Source: Lachnospiraceae bacterium
GTDB lineage: Bacteria; Bacillota; Clostridia; Lachnospirales; Lachnospiraceae
Length of the DNA: 59,165 nt
NCBI GenBank assembly: GCA_017446125.1
Contig: JAFSRL010000022.1
Location: 1-59,165, forward strand
Direction of reading: 5' to 3'
Shown here: piece by piece, positions 57,842 through 59,165 of the stretch
Layout of the letters: the number at the start of each line of letters is the position of its first letter
How positions within the stretch are numbered: position 1 is the first letter of the stretch
The notes under the pieces: model-generated
Seen by the model: only the letters and a program-made list of their open reading frames with translations
The model's database searches: none
Told to the model about the DNA's origin: nothing
Program-made: the position numbers and the translations under genes

Positions 57842-58771
57842 ATGCAAAAACCAGAACTCGTCATTCCCGCCGGTTCCATGGACGCCCTCCTTGCCGCCAT
57901 CGATGGCGGTGCGGATGCGGTCTATCTGGGCGGCGAGGTTTTTTCCTTAAGGGCAAAGGCGCACAACTTTACACTCCCCGAAATGAGGGAGGCGGTTTTG
58001 AAGGTGCACGAAAACGGTCGCAAGGTGTACGTCACGGTCAATGCCTTTGTTCATGAGGATGGGCTGAACGAAGTGTCACGTTTTCTCGAAGCGTTAAACG
58101 AGGTCGCGCCGGATGCGCTGATCGTTGCGGATACCGGTGTCTTTATGATGGCAAGACGCCTGTGTCCCGCGCTTCCCGTCCACATCTCGACGCAGGCCAA
58201 TAATGTGAATCACGAGACCTTTCTCTTCTGGTATGATCTGGGCGTCAGGCGAATCGTTGCGGCAAGAGAACTCTCACTTGATGAGATTGCGCAGATTAAG
58301 CGCGTCATCCCTGAGGACATGGAGATTGAGTGCTTTGTGCACGGCGCGATGTGCATGGCATACTCCGGACGCTGTCACCTGAGCAAGTACTTAACCGGGC
58401 GTGACGCCAATGAGGGTTTCTGCACGCAGAGCTGCCGCTGGAACTATACGGTCATGGAGGAAAAACGCCCCGGGCAGTACCTTCCGGTGTCGGAGGATTT
58501 AAGCGGCACGCAGATCTTTGCCTCGGAGGATCTGTGTATGGTGGCGCACATCCCGGAGCTGATCGCAGCCGGCGTCGATGCCTTTAAGATCGAGGGACGC
58601 ACCAAGACCGCGACCTATGTGAAAAAGGTCACGGAGGTCTACCGTGAAGCGATTGATACCTGCTGCGCGGATCCTGAAAGCTATGCGCGTGCTATTCCCT
58701 CCTATCTCGCGGCATTGGAAAAGGGCGCGTCGCGCCCCTTCTCAACCGGCTTTTACTTTCACGCGCCGTAA
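57842..58771 (+). CDS. U32 peptidase family protein (TrhP-like Fe-S protein)
   Basis: GADAVYLG, HISTQ, ARELS, FVHGAMCMAYSGRC..S, CTQSCR, FKIEGR. Confidence 0.88.
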   Translation: MQKPELVIPAGSMDALLAAIDGGADAVYLGGEVFSLRAKAHNFTLPEMREAVLKVHENGRKVYVTVNAFVHEDGLNEVSRFLEALNEVAPDALIVADTGVFMMARRLCPALPVHISTQANNVNHETFLFWYDLGVRRIVAARELSLDEIAQIKRVIPEDMEIECFVHGAMCMAYSGRCHLSKYLTGRDANEGFCTQSCRWNYTVMEEKRPGQYLPVSEDLSGTQIFASEDLCMVAHIPELIAAGVDAFKIEGRTKTATYVKKVTEVYREAIDTCCADPESYARAIPSYLAALEKGASRPFSTGFYFHAP

Positions 58772-58780
58772 GAACGCACA

Positions 58781-59165
58781 TCAACCCATCTCAATGAAAT
58801 CATGAAAGAGGATACGGAAGTTGTCGATTGTCCTCTCGCAATGGAAGTGACCGGCATACCACCTGCGGTAGGTCAGTCTGTCCTCAATCGTATCCAGCCA
58901 CTCCTCGGTGGAATCATCCACCAGGCTCTGGTCGATCGTCTGTAAGAACATATCCCGCGGGACGTACTTCATCGGCGTCGTGTGGGAGAAAACGGTGTCG
59001 ACCTCCCAGCCCGCTTTTTCCAGCAGCGCTTCGGCATACGCCTTGATCTCGTCCGAGGGCTGCTCATCCGCAAACCAGGGATATCCCATCTTCAGGCGGT
59101 AAAACTTGTCAACGGAATACGCGCCGCCCAAAACGATCGTCCTTTTGCCGTCGAGATCATAGATC
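58781..59165 (-). CDS. Calcineurin-like metallophosphoesterase, 5' part outside the window
   Basis: Frame open to the edge: IYDLDGKRTIVLGGAYSVDK...VFSHTTP...WYAGHFH. Confidence 0.8.
   Translation of the reverse strand, partial: IYDLDGKRTIVLGGAYSVDKFYRLKMGYPWFADEQPSDEIKAYAEALLEKAGWEVDTVFSHTTPMKYVPRDMFLQTIDQSLVDDSTEEWLDTIEDRLTYRRWYAGHFHCERTIDNFRILFHDFIEMG

Overview
A 59 kb chromosomal window, moderately GC-rich, with nearly all genes on the minus strand. Gene content and order fit a Clostridia-class Firmicute, most consistent with Lachnospiraceae (inference). Left to right it holds: (1) an unusual signalling cluster at 1-5774 with a membrane histidine kinase cut by the window edge, a soluble kinase-derived protein that keeps the His but has no ATP-binding boxes, an HTH-less copy of the local NarL-type regulator, a coupled 7TM pseudo-kinase/kinase pair, a single-domain receiver and a NarL/LuxR regulator; (2) a heterodimeric ABC exporter, a DUF4317-like gene, a stand-alone FliY/CheC phosphatase domain, gdhA, an SH3b protein, tRNA-Arg(CCG), efp, coaBC, aroQ and aroK; (3) an Opp/Dpp-type ABC importer; (4) nrdR and the dcw cluster, with no ftsA, murG or sporulation sigma genes next to ftsZ; (5) lgt-ychF and the priA-def-fmt-rsmB-rlmN-stp1-pknB-rsgA block, then murE, recJ, secDF and a CBS/CorC gene; (6) an Sfp-type PPTase, a MEMO/LigB-AMMECR1 fusion, hemW-pilT-U32 and a partial metallophosphoesterase. 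I found no CRISPR array, transposase, integrase or prophage gene. The best leads are the possible phosphorelay/decoy module in the left cluster, a strand-specific structured small-RNA candidate between murE and recJ, a family of GG(G/T)GACGG-loop REP/REPIN-like palindromes, and a sigma-28-like promoter on an uncharacterised gene. All assignments come from motif recognition by eye; no database searches were run.
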